The notes beneath the pieces were generated by a model. That model worked only from the letters and a program-made list of their open reading frames with translations, did no database searches and was not told where the DNA came from. The position numbers and the translations under genes are program-made. Source: a virus (lineage: Duplodnaviria; Caudoviricetes). Taken from it: a stretch of DNA of 45,135 nucleotides. The stretch covers positions 1-45,135 of the IMG/VR virus record IMGVR_UViG_3300037311_000503; one strand, 5' to 3'. Below, in pieces: positions 27,474 through 35,747 of the stretch. The stretch's first letter is position 1. The number at the start of each line of letters is the position of its first letter.

Positions 27474-30452
27474 ATGAGCACACAGAAAGTCATCACGGTT
27501 GCCATTAAGGCCAGCGACCAGGCGAGCGGGCCCATCAAGCGGACGATCGCGTCGATTCGCAGCGTGGGCAGCAGTGTGCTCGCAACGGCCCGCACGGTGG
27601 GGAGCGCAGCCAAGGGCACGGCTTCGGCTGCGGTGGCGGCCGCGCGTGCGGCGGCGAGCACGGCCCGCGTGCTGACGAGCCTGCGGACGGTGATGGTGGG
27701 CGGCCTGGCTGCGCTGCTTGCGGGGCGCGTTGTCAGCAGCTTGCGGGCAACGGTGGACGAGCTGGATGAGCTGGGCGAGCGCAGCAAGCGGCTGGGCATA
27801 CCGGCAGAGCTCATGCAGACGCTGGAGTATGAGGCAAAGAAAGCCAACATCGAGAGCAGCCGGTTGTTTGCGACGCTGGGCGTGGGGAGCCGTGTGCTGG
27901 GGGACTTTGCACGCGGACGCAACGACCGCGTGGGCGAGCTGCTGCGGCAGATTGGCATCGATGCGCGGGATGCCAGGGGCAATGTGCTGGGCATCGTGGA
28001 CCTGCTGCCCAAGCTGCAGCAGGCCTTTGCGGTGCAAGGCCTTGGACAAGGGGCTAGGGACAGCATTCTCGCGCAGCTGTTTGGGCGCGGCGGGCCCGAT
28101 GTGATCGGGCGGCTGCTGGCGAGCGGCAACTTTGGCGATGCGACCAAGCGGCTCAGCGAGCTCGGCGGCATCGCGAGCACCGAGGACATTCGCCGCGCAC
28201 AGCTGCTGGCCGATGCGATCGATGACCTGGGCGTGGCGTATCGCGGGGTCAAGCGCGAGCTCGTCGCTGCGCTGGGACCGGCGGCGACAAGCATTCTCCA
28301 GGTGTTTGCGCGGGAGCTTGCCAAGCTACCCGATAGCGTGCGGGGCATCGGCCTGGCGATTGTGGAAAGCCTTGGAGGCGGCCCCAACGGCAAGCTCGCG
28401 ACCGAGCTGCTGGATGACCTGAAGGCGAACTTGCTGGGGGCCCTGCAAACCACTGCGGTGCAGTTGGCGCGAGGATTTGGCACGGCCCTCATCGCGGCGG
28501 TGGACTATGGGCTGGCGGCGATTGGGCCACGGCTTGCCGACATGCTCGGCGACAACCTTGGCCCGACCATCAAGGCCGTGACGCTGGGGGCGGTGGACCT
28601 GCCCAAGAGCATCGCGAAGCAAACTCAGGAAGCGCGGCAGGAGCTCGAGGAGCTGCGGCGGGCTGCGCAGGACTTTGCGGATGAGCAGGACAATCTCATC
28701 AACAACCCTCGCCTGGATGGCGCGGACCGCGTGTTTGCGGAGCAGCAGCTGTCGGCGATGCGGGCGCGGCTGGGGGGTGACCCCGAGCAAGTGGTGAAGC
28801 GTGCAAAGAACGCGGTGGATGTGCTGACAGCCCAGCTCGAGCAGCAGAGCAGGGCACGCGCGGCGGCGGCGGAGGCGGCGTTTCGCGATGGCGTCGCGGC
28901 GACGCAGCAGGCGTGGACCGATGCCTCGAGCAAGATCAGTAAAGAATGGGCGGCGGTGTCGTACACGCTGGATGACTTTGCGGATTTGTACCGGCAGGTC
29001 AATCCGGAAACCAGCGAGGAGGCCAAGCGGGCAGAGGAAGGCGTGAACGCGTTCGCCCAGCGCATTGCTGTGAAGCTGGTGCGCGGCGTGCAAACGGTGC
29101 AGGGGTGGATCGGCGAGCTGCGCGACACGGTGTCGAGCTATGCGCGGGCGATAGCAGACACCGTCGCGGCCAACGAGGCGCTCTCAGACTTGGAGCTGCG
29201 GCGGCAGGCGGCCTTTGGCGGGCGGGCCAACGACAATGCTGTGGCGATGGCGCGGCTGGAAAACGCCCAGGCGCAGGAGCGGATGCGGCTGGCGGGGCAG
29301 TATGGGGCAAAGAACGCGGAGCTGCTGGCGACGCTGCGCGAGGTGCAGGCGGTCGAGCGGCAACGCCTGGGAATTGACCAGCAGCTGGCAATGCAGACCG
29401 AGGCGATGGCGGCTGCACAGGAAGAGTACAACGCGATGCTGACGCGGCGCGCGGAGCTGGTTGAGAGTGGCAGCATGAGCGAGCAGATTGCGCAGCTGGG
29501 CAACGCCAACAGCCAGCGGCGATACATCGCGCAGCTGCGGGAAGCCAAGGCGGCGATCGAGGAGCTGGCGGCGGCGGCTGGGCCAAACTTTGCGGCCCTG
29601 GTGCAGCCTGCGATCGCCAACGTGGGCCGCGAGCTGGACCTGGCGGCGGGCAAGGCCGAGCAGGCCTCGCGCGGCAACTGGAAACAGGGCATCAAGGATG
29701 GCATCCGCCAGATACAGGAAGAGGCGAGCAACCTCTACGGGTTTGCCAAGGGGTTTGTGACAGAGATCGCCAGCAGCATCAGCAGCGGGCTGTCGAATGC
29801 TTTCGTCGATGCGATCGCGGGCGTGCGCAGTCTCAAGGACGCGATGCGGGACTTTGCGGCCAGCACGCTGCGGATGATCAGCCAGATGATCTTGCAGTTT
29901 CTGGTGCTGCGGGCGGTGGCGGGGATCATGGGCAGCTTTGGTGCGAGCGAAAGCACCATCAAGGGCGTGACCGGGCAAACGGGCTTTGGTGTGCCGGGGC
30001 AGGCGGGCGGGCGCAGCGTGCGGCATGCTGGGCGCGGCACGGGCGCACGCATGATTCCGATGGCGGGGCTTGTGCCTGGCAGGCTGGCGTTGGGCGGCTC
30101 TGCACGCGGGTACAACAACGGCGGGCTGGTGATGGGGGGAGCCAACGTGAACGCCGACACGGCCCTGATCGCGGCGGCAACGCGCGAGTATATCGTGTCG
30201 CGCCGGGGCGTTGCGGCCAATGGCACGGCGGTGATGCACCACATCAACGCGGGCGGCAGGGTCGCGCCGGTGGGAGCTGGGGGCGGGCGCATGGCAGGGG
30301 GGACCACGATCAATGTGTCGGTGCACATGGGCAGTGGCAACGCGAGCGCACGCGACTTAGCGGCGGTGGAACAGGCGGCGCAGCGCGGCGTGCTCAAGGG
30401 CTTGCAGCAGCAGCCGGGCTTTCGCGCAGCGATGCGGGAGGGGCTGCGATGA
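27474..30452 (+). CDS. Tail tape measure protein
   Basis: AAGGAG SD, IKASDQASGPIK start, long Ala-rich helices, C-terminal NNGGLV...EYIV. Confidence 0.92.
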   Translation: MSTQKVITVAIKASDQASGPIKRTIASIRSVGSSVLATARTVGSAAKGTASAAVAAARAAASTARVLTSLRTVMVGGLAALLAGRVVSSLRATVDELDELGERSKRLGIPAELMQTLEYEAKKANIESSRLFATLGVGSRVLGDFARGRNDRVGELLRQIGIDARDARGNVLGIVDLLPKLQQAFAVQGLGQGARDSILAQLFGRGGPDVIGRLLASGNFGDATKRLSELGGIASTEDIRRAQLLADAIDDLGVAYRGVKRELVAALGPAATSILQVFARELAKLPDSVRGIGLAIVESLGGGPNGKLATELLDDLKANLLGALQTTAVQLARGFGTALIAAVDYGLAAIGPRLADMLGDNLGPTIKAVTLGAVDLPKSIAKQTQEARQELEELRRAAQDFADEQDNLINNPRLDGADRVFAEQQLSAMRARLGGDPEQVVKRAKNAVDVLTAQLEQQSRARAAAAEAAFRDGVAATQQAWTDASSKISKEWAAVSYTLDDFADLYRQVNPETSEEAKRAEEGVNAFAQRIAVKLVRGVQTVQGWIGELRDTVSSYARAIADTVAANEALSDLELRRQAAFGGRANDNAVAMARLENAQAQERMRLAGQYGAKNAELLATLREVQAVERQRLGIDQQLAMQTEAMAAAQEEYNAMLTRRAELVESGSMSEQIAQLGNANSQRRYIAQLREAKAAIEELAAAAGPNFAALVQPAIANVGRELDLAAGKAEQASRGNWKQGIKDGIRQIQEEASNLYGFAKGFVTEIASSISSGLSNAFVDAIAGVRSLKDAMRDFAASTLRMISQMILQFLVLRAVAGIMGSFGASESTIKGVTGQTGFGVPGQAGGRSVRHAGRGTGARMIPMAGLVPGRLALGGSARGYNNGGLVMGGANVNADTALIAAATREYIVSRRGVAANGTAVMHHINAGGRVAPVGAGGGRMAGGTTINVSVHMGSGNASARDLAAVEQAAQRGVLKGLQQQPGFRAAMREGLR

Positions 30453-30946
30453 GCACGGCGATTGTGTTTGCAAGGATGCGCGGAGGGGCTGAGACGCTGG
30501 TGGCGGAGGCGGGCGCAGATGGGCTTGCGATCTGCCAGCCGACGATTGAGGCGTCGCTAGGGGACCAGCCGCCGATTGCGCCGGTGCTGTGCCGGAGCGT
30601 GCAGCCCATGGCCAATGGGCTGCGCGAGCGGCGGACGGGGACCAATGCGTTGGTCACGAGCCCCCTGCGGGGCAAGGTGCGGGGAACCTGGGAAGTGGCG
30701 TGGTCACCAATGACTACCGGCGAACGCAACGCGATGGTGGCCTGGCTTGCCCAGGGCGTGCGCGGCACGCAGCTGGGGTGGCGTCTGCGGCCTGATGGCG
30801 ATGGGGGCGAGTGGGTGACGGTGCGATTTGTGACGGTGCCGGTGTCGACGTGGATTGAAAAGCACGTGCATGAGGCGCCGGGGACGGCGATGGTGGAAGA
30901 GCTGTACACGGAGGGCGTGGGGGCGGTGGTGGGCAGGCCGGTGTAG
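30449..30946 (+). CDS. Distal tail protein (gpM-like)
   Basis: Follows the tape measure gene; NGLRERR, WEVAW, WRLRP and VRF motifs. Confidence 0.7.
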   Translation: MSTAIVFARMRGGAETLVAEAGADGLAICQPTIEASLGDQPPIAPVLCRSVQPMANGLRERRTGTNALVTSPLRGKVRGTWEVAWSPMTTGERNAMVAWLAQGVRGTQLGWRLRPDGDGGEWVTVRFVTVPVSTWIEKHVHEAPGTAMVEELYTEGVGAVVGRPV

Positions 30947-30951
30947 GGAAG

Positions 30952-31006
30952 AAGAGGGAGCGGGGAGCTGGGAGCGGGGAACAGGAAACAGGGGACAGGG
31001 AACAGG
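30952..31006 (+). repeat. Purine-rich heptamer tract; first 31 bp repeated at 32440
   Basis: GGAGCGG/GGAGCTG/GGAACAG-type units. Confidence 0.85.
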
Positions 31007-31026
31007 TGAGAAGAAAGGGGGCGGGT

Positions 31027-31404
31027 ATGGTGGCGAAAAAGAAGGCGGCAAAGTTTGGTGTGCGGCGAAGTGAGATCGCGCGGGAAATTGCCAGGTATGA
31101 GGCAGAAACCAAGCGTGCGAGCATGGCAGAGCATGCTCCTCGCGTGCCGGTGCCAAAGTCGATGGATGAGTGGGTCAAGGAGTGCAACGCGCTGTTAGGC
31201 TCGAATCGTGAGCTGCTTGCGCCTTGGGAGATTTGCAGGGCGATGGTGGCGACGACGGTGGAGCAGTATGGGGCGGCGCGGACGGTGGCGGCGGTGGTGC
31301 TCTCGGTGGCAGCGAGCGTGGGCGCGGCGGGCAAAAACGTGGTAGTGGGCCTGATCATGGGTCGGCACGGGCTGGAAGCGCGGAACGAAAGGGGGCAGGG
31401 TTGA
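31027..31404 (+). CDS. Hypothetical protein
   Basis: In-operon ORF whose stop overlaps the next start. Confidence 0.55.
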   Translation: MVAKKKAAKFGVRRSEIAREIARYEAETKRASMAEHAPRVPVPKSMDEWVKECNALLGSNRELLAPWEICRAMVATTVEQYGAARTVAAVVLSVAASVGAAGKNVVVGLIMGRHGLEARNERGQG

Positions 31405-32426
31405 GCCAGTTTCATTGGCAGCCTCAGCAGCTGGGGACGAGCTTGTCGGCGATTGTGCAAGGGGACGACGCGCAGGACACGGCGGTGCGCAGCTTAGAGC
31501 GTGGGCCCAACGCCCCGCCCAACCCGACGCCTGGCATGCTGTGGCACTGCACGACCGCAGCGACTGCGGTGTCGGCGGGTGCGCCCAGCGGGACGACCGA
31601 GGCGATTCTGCGGCGCACGGCCAGCGGCACCTGGGCGTTCTTTGCGCGCGTGGATTCGGCAAGCGGTGGGCATGGGCTGCTGTCGCGCAATGGCGGGGTC
31701 GCGCTGACTGGCAACTTGCCTGCGGGCGGCAACACCATTACCGGCTTGCGGGCGGGGGCAGCTGCCGGTGAGGCCGTGCGATTTGAGCAGGCCCTGGTGC
31801 TGACAACCAGCGGCACCATTTGCTTTGATGCGGGGGCACGCACGGTGCGCAGTGGCATTGCTCCGACGCACCCCAACGACCTGGTGCGGCTGGTGGATGT
31901 GAATCCTGCGCAGTTTCCCGCAAGCTGCTACTGGAACACCAATCGCAACGCCCTGGGCGGGGGCAACGTGTATGGCGCGGTGAAGGTGCAGCAGCAGGGC
32001 GTGGCGAGTGACTACACGAAGATGCCCTACACGCCGCGCCGGTTGACGGTGCGGATGTTTGGGGCGCTGCGCGTGCAGGGAGCGGGGCCGCTGTACATCG
32101 GGGGCGATGCCTTTGGTGGGCGGGTGTTCACGCTGCACCGATGGAACAGCGATGGCACGGGCGGCGAGCCGGGCACGGCGGTGGGCGCGGCGGTGGAAGT
32201 GGCGGCGGTGGCGAACACGACGCCGGTGTGGCTGGTGGCAGAATGGAAGTATCCGGGCTCGCCGCCAGGGAACAACGACGCGGGGTGCTGGCTGCGGCTG
32301 GTGCAGGCGGCAAACGAGGCGGATGCGCTGACGGCCAATGGCAACTGGTATGACGTTGTGAGCCCCAGCAACACCAACCTGGCGGGGACGGTGCAGGTGC
32401 TGGCGGAGTATGGGCTGGGGACGTGA
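31401..32426 (+). CDS. Tail fiber-like protein
   Basis: ALTGNLPAGGNTITGLRAG...EAV and APTHPNDLV fiber-type motifs; TTG start after a G-rich SD. Confidence 0.6.
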   Translation: MSQFHWQPQQLGTSLSAIVQGDDAQDTAVRSLERGPNAPPNPTPGMLWHCTTAATAVSAGAPSGTTEAILRRTASGTWAFFARVDSASGGHGLLSRNGGVALTGNLPAGGNTITGLRAGAAAGEAVRFEQALVLTTSGTICFDAGARTVRSGIAPTHPNDLVRLVDVNPAQFPASCYWNTNRNALGGGNVYGAVKVQQQGVASDYTKMPYTPRRLTVRMFGALRVQGAGPLYIGGDAFGGRVFTLHRWNSDGTGGEPGTAVGAAVEVAAVANTTPVWLVAEWKYPGSPPGNNDAGCWLRLVQAANEADALTANGNWYDVVSPSNTNLAGTVQVLAEYGLGT

Positions 32427-32439
32427 GCGGGGGGAAAGA

Positions 32440-32470
32440 AAGAGGGAGCGGGGAGCTGGGAGCGGGGAAC
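32440..32470 (+). repeat. Exact 31-bp copy of 30952-30982
   Basis: AAGAGGGAGCGGGGAGCTGGGAGCGGGGAAC. Confidence 0.9.
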
Positions 32471-32506
32471 GGGAAAAGCAAACAGCTGACAGGAAAGGGG
32501 GATGTG

Positions 32507-33223
32507 ATGGGCATGGAAGGCAAGGCGGCGTTTCCGACGCCGGGGCAACTGGGGATCGTGGCAAACAAGCGTGGCGGCGGTGCGGCTGGTGAGAGCACAG
32601 GGGTGTCGCCGTTTGAGATTTGTCCGATCACGACGGTGGGCGGCGTCATTGCTCGCAGCGTGCGACCGCAAGGCTCGCGCGAGTGGGCGCGGCTGGGGGC
32701 ACGCATCAATCGCGCGATCGTGGCGGCGGTGAAGCGGGAGAGGCGGGCACGCGAGCGGGAGATGAAGCCCGCGATGCGGACGCTGGTGCGTGATTGCAAT
32801 CAGTGGCTGCGGGAGCTGCGCAAGGAACGGGCGGGCAGGCGTGCGTTGCTGCGGAAAGAGTACAAGCGTGGGGTACGTGAGACGAATCGCAAGGTAGCTG
32901 CGGCAAGACAACTTGCGGAGCACCCAACACGGGCTGAGCTCGAGCGTCGAGGATTCACTGTGCGAAGCTGCGCCGTAAGCAAGTTGTGCGAGCGGGCGGA
33001 GCAAATGGCCGCGCTCGTCGATCTGTTGCAGCTGGCAAAGCACCCATTTCCAAACGGCGACGGTGATGCAAGCTGTACTTTGCAGGTGCAGGAGCGTTTG
33101 CAACGGGCGAGTGCGCTTGCCGTCTCTGAACTGAACTGGCTTCAAGCATTGTCGGAGATGACACCCAAACAGAACGGCCTCAAGCCGACAAAGGCTGGAA
33201 CACGCAGCGGAGGTGGACGATGA
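32507..33223 (+). CDS. Basic coiled-coil hypothetical protein
   Basis: ATGA coupling to the next gene. Confidence 0.55.
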   Translation: MGMEGKAAFPTPGQLGIVANKRGGGAAGESTGVSPFEICPITTVGGVIARSVRPQGSREWARLGARINRAIVAAVKRERRAREREMKPAMRTLVRDCNQWLRELRKERAGRRALLRKEYKRGVRETNRKVAAARQLAEHPTRAELERRGFTVRSCAVSKLCERAEQMAALVDLLQLAKHPFPNGDGDASCTLQVQERLQRASALAVSELNWLQALSEMTPKQNGLKPTKAGTRSGGGR

Positions 33224-33894
33224 GTGATCGCTCACAAGGCAAAGCATGGACGGTGCCGACGTGCGCGAAGGGGCTGACGCACCTGGTGCAAGGGGATGGC
33301 GGCAACGACCATGAGGAGCTGCTCAACCGCATGGTGATGCCGGGGACCAACGACATCGTGGTGGCGATGCAGCTGCAGGTACGTGCGCAGTATGCGCTGC
33401 TCGAGCGGCTACATCGCGCGGGCTATTTGCGCAAGGCGGGCAAGCGGGGACCGACGGAGGATGTCGAGGGCGGCGGCGTGGCGGAGGCGGCTGGGGCTGA
33501 AGAGGTTGGGGCTGAGGAGGCTGGCAAACCGGGCCAGGCTGGGCAAACGCGCGAAGAGTGGCCGTGCCCGTGGATGATGTATTGGTGTGTGTCGCAGGTG
33601 CTTGCGATGAAGCCGCTGGAGTTTGACGCGCTGCGGGCGGAGGTGGACAAGCAGGTGGAGGTGGGCCTTGTGGCTGGGGCAAAGAACGTGCCTGCGGTGT
33701 TGGCATCGCTGGGCTTGGAGATGGTGAGGCAGTGCATCTTTGACATCGCTCGCAAGCATGGTCCGGCGACGGACGAAGAGTGGACGGAGGAGGATGGCGC
33801 ACGCATGAAAGTAGCGGTGCGTGCTGAGCTTGCTCGGCGGGAGGGACAACGAAAACGGGCTGCGCATGAAGGGGAGGTGACGGATGGGGGATGA
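33220..33894 (+). CDS. Hypothetical protein
   Basis: GGAGGT SD; overlaps both neighbours. Confidence 0.7.
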   Translation: MSDRSQGKAWTVPTCAKGLTHLVQGDGGNDHEELLNRMVMPGTNDIVVAMQLQVRAQYALLERLHRAGYLRKAGKRGPTEDVEGGGVAEAAGAEEVGAEEAGKPGQAGQTREEWPCPWMMYWCVSQVLAMKPLEFDALRAEVDKQVEVGLVAGAKNVPAVLASLGLEMVRQCIFDIARKHGPATDEEWTEEDGARMKVAVRAELARREGQRKRAAHEGEVTDGG

Positions 33895-34666
33895 GCAAGT
33901 GGACCTGTCGTTTGTGGTGAAACGCATCAGCAAGCTGCTTGCGATGGCGGCGGATGCGGGGGCGAGCCAGACCGAGCGAGAGAGTGCATCGCAGCACGTG
34001 GCGGCGTTGCTCGAGCGATACCAGCTGACGCTGGACCACGTGCAAGCGCAGCAGGTCGACAGGCTCGTCAAGGATGTGGAAAAGGTGCAGGCCCAGTGCT
34101 TGTGGCTGCTGCGGCTGGCGGGTGTGGTGGGCGAGTTTGTTGGTACTGTGGCGATGTTTTGTAGCAGTCGCGGCCATGGTCGCACACTCATCTGGGCGGG
34201 CCGCGCGAGCCAGGTGAGGCTGGCATCCTCTTTGTGGTGGAGCCTTCAGATGCACTTGCGGGCCGAGGCGACCGTGCGGTATGGCAGCTTTCGAGTTGGA
34301 CGCGGGAAGGACTACTGCGAGGGGTTTGTCGCCGGTGCTGCTGAGACTGTGCGGCAATCGCGCACGCATCGCTCGAGCGTGGGCCAGCAGATTGTGGTGC
34401 GCGCAAAGCAAGAGGCGGATGCCTTCGCGCAGCAAGCCTTTGCCGAGGATGGGCAGATTGTGCGGGGCCAACGCAAGCTCGAGCTGGATGTGCCGAGCGA
34501 CTTTGATCGCAAGGCGGCGTTTGCGTCGGGCTTTCGATCAGGAAGAGCAGTGAGCCTCAGCAAGGCCGCGCCGATCGAAAGCGACAACACGCCCACACGA
34601 CGCGCACGCCCAAAGGCTCTGCCGCCTGCGGCAGCGGTGCCGGATGCAACTGCCCCCAATGCCTAG
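33884..34666 (+). CDS. DUF2786 domain protein
   Basis: KRISKLLAMA...ERESA...AALLERYQL; YCEGF and FASGFRSGRAVSL motifs. Confidence 0.8.
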   Translation: MGDEQVDLSFVVKRISKLLAMAADAGASQTERESASQHVAALLERYQLTLDHVQAQQVDRLVKDVEKVQAQCLWLLRLAGVVGEFVGTVAMFCSSRGHGRTLIWAGRASQVRLASSLWWSLQMHLRAEATVRYGSFRVGRGKDYCEGFVAGAAETVRQSRTHRSSVGQQIVVRAKQEADAFAQQAFAEDGQIVRGQRKLELDVPSDFDRKAAFASGFRSGRAVSLSKAAPIESDNTPTRRARPKALPPAAAVPDATAPNA

Positions 34667-34720
34667 TGCCTAGTGCCTCTTTCCCTGTCGCTTGTCCCCT
34701 GTCCCCTATCCCACTCCCCC
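34659..34720 (-). repeat. Heptamer tract (G-rich on the minus strand)
   Basis: tgcctag x2, then ccctgtc/gcttgtc/ccctgtc/ccctatc; reverse-related to 30983-31006. Confidence 0.75.
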
Positions 34721-34723
34721 ACC

Positions 34724-35239
34724 ATGCCCCGCAACTACACACCATCGATCGAGATCGCCCGCAAACTGCTCATGACCGGGCACCCGTGGCTGCTGTTTGC
34801 CATGCTGGACCTGCGCGTGCGGGGGCCGGAGGGGCAGCTGCGGCAGTGGCGGCTGGTGCGGGATACGCAGCATCGTTTGGCGGCGGGGCTGCTGTTTCAG
34901 CGCAGCGGCATGCAGCTGCAGCTGCCTGTCGACGACGCGGGGGCGAGCATGGGCGAGCTGGAGCTGACGCTGCCCAACGCGAGCCAGATACCGGCGGCCT
35001 ATGTGCTTGTCGATCGCGATGTGCTGGGGTGCACGCTGCACATGCAGTTTGCGCACGCGGCGAACCTGGGCCAGTTTGACCCCGCGCTGCGGTGGACGGC
35101 GACGGTGACCAAAGTGACGCTGAGCGAGCGGCTGTGCGTGCTGACGTGCACCACCAAGCCGGGCGTGACCAAAGGGCCCAGGCGGCGGTTTGTGCGGAGC
35201 CGGTATCCGCAGCTGCGGTCGCGCGGCTTTGGTGGGTAG
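34724..35239 (+). CDS. Tail tip/hub protein (gpL-position)
   Basis: HPWLL, RLVRDT, LELTLPNAS and GPRRRF motifs; precedes NlpC and J. Confidence 0.65.
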   Translation: MPRNYTPSIEIARKLLMTGHPWLLFAMLDLRVRGPEGQLRQWRLVRDTQHRLAAGLLFQRSGMQLQLPVDDAGASMGELELTLPNASQIPAAYVLVDRDVLGCTLHMQFAHAANLGQFDPALRWTATVTKVTLSERLCVLTCTTKPGVTKGPRRRFVRSRYPQLRSRGFGG

Positions 35240-35285
35240 GTGGGTGGGTAGGTTGGTGAGTAGGTTGGTGGGAAGGTTGGTGGGG
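35231..35285 (+). repeat. 12-bp G-rich tandem repeat (GGTGGGTAGGTT-like)
   Basis: About 4.5 degenerate copies at a gene junction. Confidence 0.8.
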
Positions 35286-35306
35286 AACACAACGAAAGGG
35301 GAAACG

Positions 35307-35747
35307 ATGGACGCGGTGGAAAGTGCGAAAGCGGATGTGGTGCGTGCGCGGCGAAGTGAGCTGCTGCAGGAGGCGTACACGCGCCTGGCGGGAAGATCGC
35401 ACGAGGAGGTGGGCAAGTGCTACGGCTTTGTCGCGGCGATGATGGCGAGCGTGGGCGTGGTGATGCCAAAGACGCCCGCCGACGCGCTGGCGTGCAAGCT
35501 GCGGGGCTTGCTGCCGACGCAGCTGCTGCCTGCGGGGAACGCGGTGGAGCCGGGCGTGATCCTGGAGTTTGACGTAGACGGCGTGCGGCACCTGGCGGTG
35601 GTGGTGGTGGGCGGCCACCCCGGCTTTGCGGCCTGGAGCACGCAGGATGCGGGCGTGCACCTGGTGCGGATGGAGGATTTGCCGCTGCGTTACCTGGCAG
35701 CGATGCATCTGCCGACGGCGTGGGTGAGCCCGAAGGGGGACGCATGA
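35307..35747 (+). CDS. NlpC/P60-like tail assembly protein (gpK-like)
   Basis: CYGFV (catalytic Cys), HLAVV and GVHL motifs. Confidence 0.75.
   Translation: MDAVESAKADVVRARRSELLQEAYTRLAGRSHEEVGKCYGFVAAMMASVGVVMPKTPADALACKLRGLLPTQLLPAGNAVEPGVILEFDVDGVRHLAVVVVGGHPGFAAWSTQDAGVHLVRMEDLPLRYLAAMHLPTAWVSPKGDA

Noticed and set aside
27280-27477. 65-aa ORF before the tape measure gene
   Set aside because: It has a TTG start without an SD and no motif; the region is better explained by RNA structure.
30952-32470. DGR template/variable repeats or an invertible fiber switch
   Set aside because: The copies are identical, intergenic and direct, and there is no reverse transcriptase or invertase.
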